Of a stretch of DNA of 36,759 nucleotides, positions 36,413-36,759 are shown in pieces. Source of the DNA: Bacillota bacterium (GTDB lineage: Bacteria; Bacillota; DTU030; DUMP01); the NCBI GenBank assembly GCA_012516165.1, contig JAAYWY010000009.1, forward strand, positions 1-36,759, read 5' to 3'. A model generated the notes under the pieces. That model was not told the origin of the DNA and searched no databases. It worked only from the letters and a program-made list of their open reading frames with translations. The translations under genes and the position numbers were made by a program. Numbering within the stretch: the stretch's first letter is position 1; every line of letters begins with the position of its first letter.

Positions 36413-36530
36413 AGATTATTGTCACCATCTCTCCATTTGTGATTATTGATTGGTATTGTTCGTTGTTAGTTTCGTCGTACGGGAGAATTTTCCTGCTAGC
36501 CTTAGAAAAACCTTAACGAAGGGATACTAG

Positions 36531-36758
36531 TTAAACAGCCAACATTCGGGTAGAATGTGAATCTAGTGATAGAGTGGTATTTAATGTCTCCCTCAGCTCT
36601 TGCCCATCTAACCGTTCTTTTTCCATAAGATTTTGAGATAGAGCTAATACGTCTGATTGCCGTTCGGTTAATATACGATTAACTTCCTTTTTTTCCTCAG
36701 TTAGAATGTCGCTGATTGCTTTTTGTAGTTGTACAGGTGCCAGATCGCTTGCCGATAC
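36531..36758 (-). CDS. 3' end of an upstream gene; the C-terminus resembles FtsH/M41-type metalloprotease tails (partial)
   Basis: Open frame from the window edge to TAA at 36533-36531. Hand translation: ...ISDILTEEKKEVNRILTERQSDVLALSQNLMEKERLDGQELRETLN... This is the L..L.EKE.LDG.EL pattern typical of FtsH C-termini. Only 75 aa are visible. Confidence 0.4.
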   Translation of the reverse strand, partial: VSASDLAPVQLQKAISDILTEEKKEVNRILTERQSDVLALSQNLMEKERLDGQELRETLNTTLSLDSHSTRMLAV

Positions 36759-36759
36759 C

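Noticed and set aside
36413-36530. A LexA box upstream of cinA (CGAAC half-site, plus-strand GTTCG at 36458-36462).
   Set aside because: Only one half-site is present. The partner position reads CCAA rather than GTTC. That is not enough to call an operator.
1-36759. A scan for CRISPR arrays, tandem or dispersed repeats, IS elements, prophage genes, tRNA and rRNA.
   Set aside because: I saw nothing by eye: no regularly spaced direct repeats, no transposase, integrase or phage-like ORFs, and no cloverleaf-like GC-rich 75-nt segments in the short intergenic regions. A tRNAscan, Infernal and repeat-finder run would confirm this.

Overview
This is a 36.8-kb stretch of core chromosome from a Gram-positive, endospore-former-type anaerobe. 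The gene content looks Clostridia/Negativicutes-like, but I cannot name the species from sequence alone.

Every gene I can support (about 40) is on the minus strand. Genes are tightly packed, with strong AGGAGG-type Shine-Dalgarno (SD) sites, many GTG/TTG starts and frequent stop/start overlaps.

In transcription order (high to low coordinates):
- the 3' end of an FtsH-like gene;
- cinA, a membrane metallophosphoesterase, thpR, recA, recX;
- rny, ymdB, a PHP phosphoesterase and an AT-rich membrane-anchored hypothetical;
- a GntR-family regulator, followed after only 22 nt by a 13-gene block: korDABC, methylmalonyl-CoA mutase large and B12 subunits, meaB, epimerase, mmdA/D/C/B and a 74-aa coiled-coil ORF;
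- an Orn/Lys/Arg-type PLP decarboxylase;
- miaB, mutS, mutL, miaA, hfq;
- a spoVK-like AAA+ ATPase, a minimal GTPase and two small membrane proteins;
- a ynbB-like PLP enzyme;
- two DUF2229 paralogues plus an HgdC/BcrAD-type activase;
- an FmdB zinc-ribbon gene.

I saw no rRNA, tRNA, CRISPR array, transposase, integrase or long repeat. Most of the window is ordinary housekeeping DNA, and I found no clear-cut novel system.

The items most worth a second look are:
1. an open frame that bridges recX and rny with ATGA and GTGA overlaps while running through a consensus promoter and a terminator hairpin;
2. the translationally coupled AAA+/GTPase/membrane-protein cluster, whose 198-aa membrane protein has an internal duplication carrying a DDxxDxxxD-type motif;
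3. the regulator-headed operon whose gene order follows the reaction order from 2-oxoglutarate to propionyl-CoA;
4. the orphan activase/DUF2229 module.

Several ORF-track starts look over-extended. I re-called them from SD spacing, and the original coordinate is given in the evidence field.
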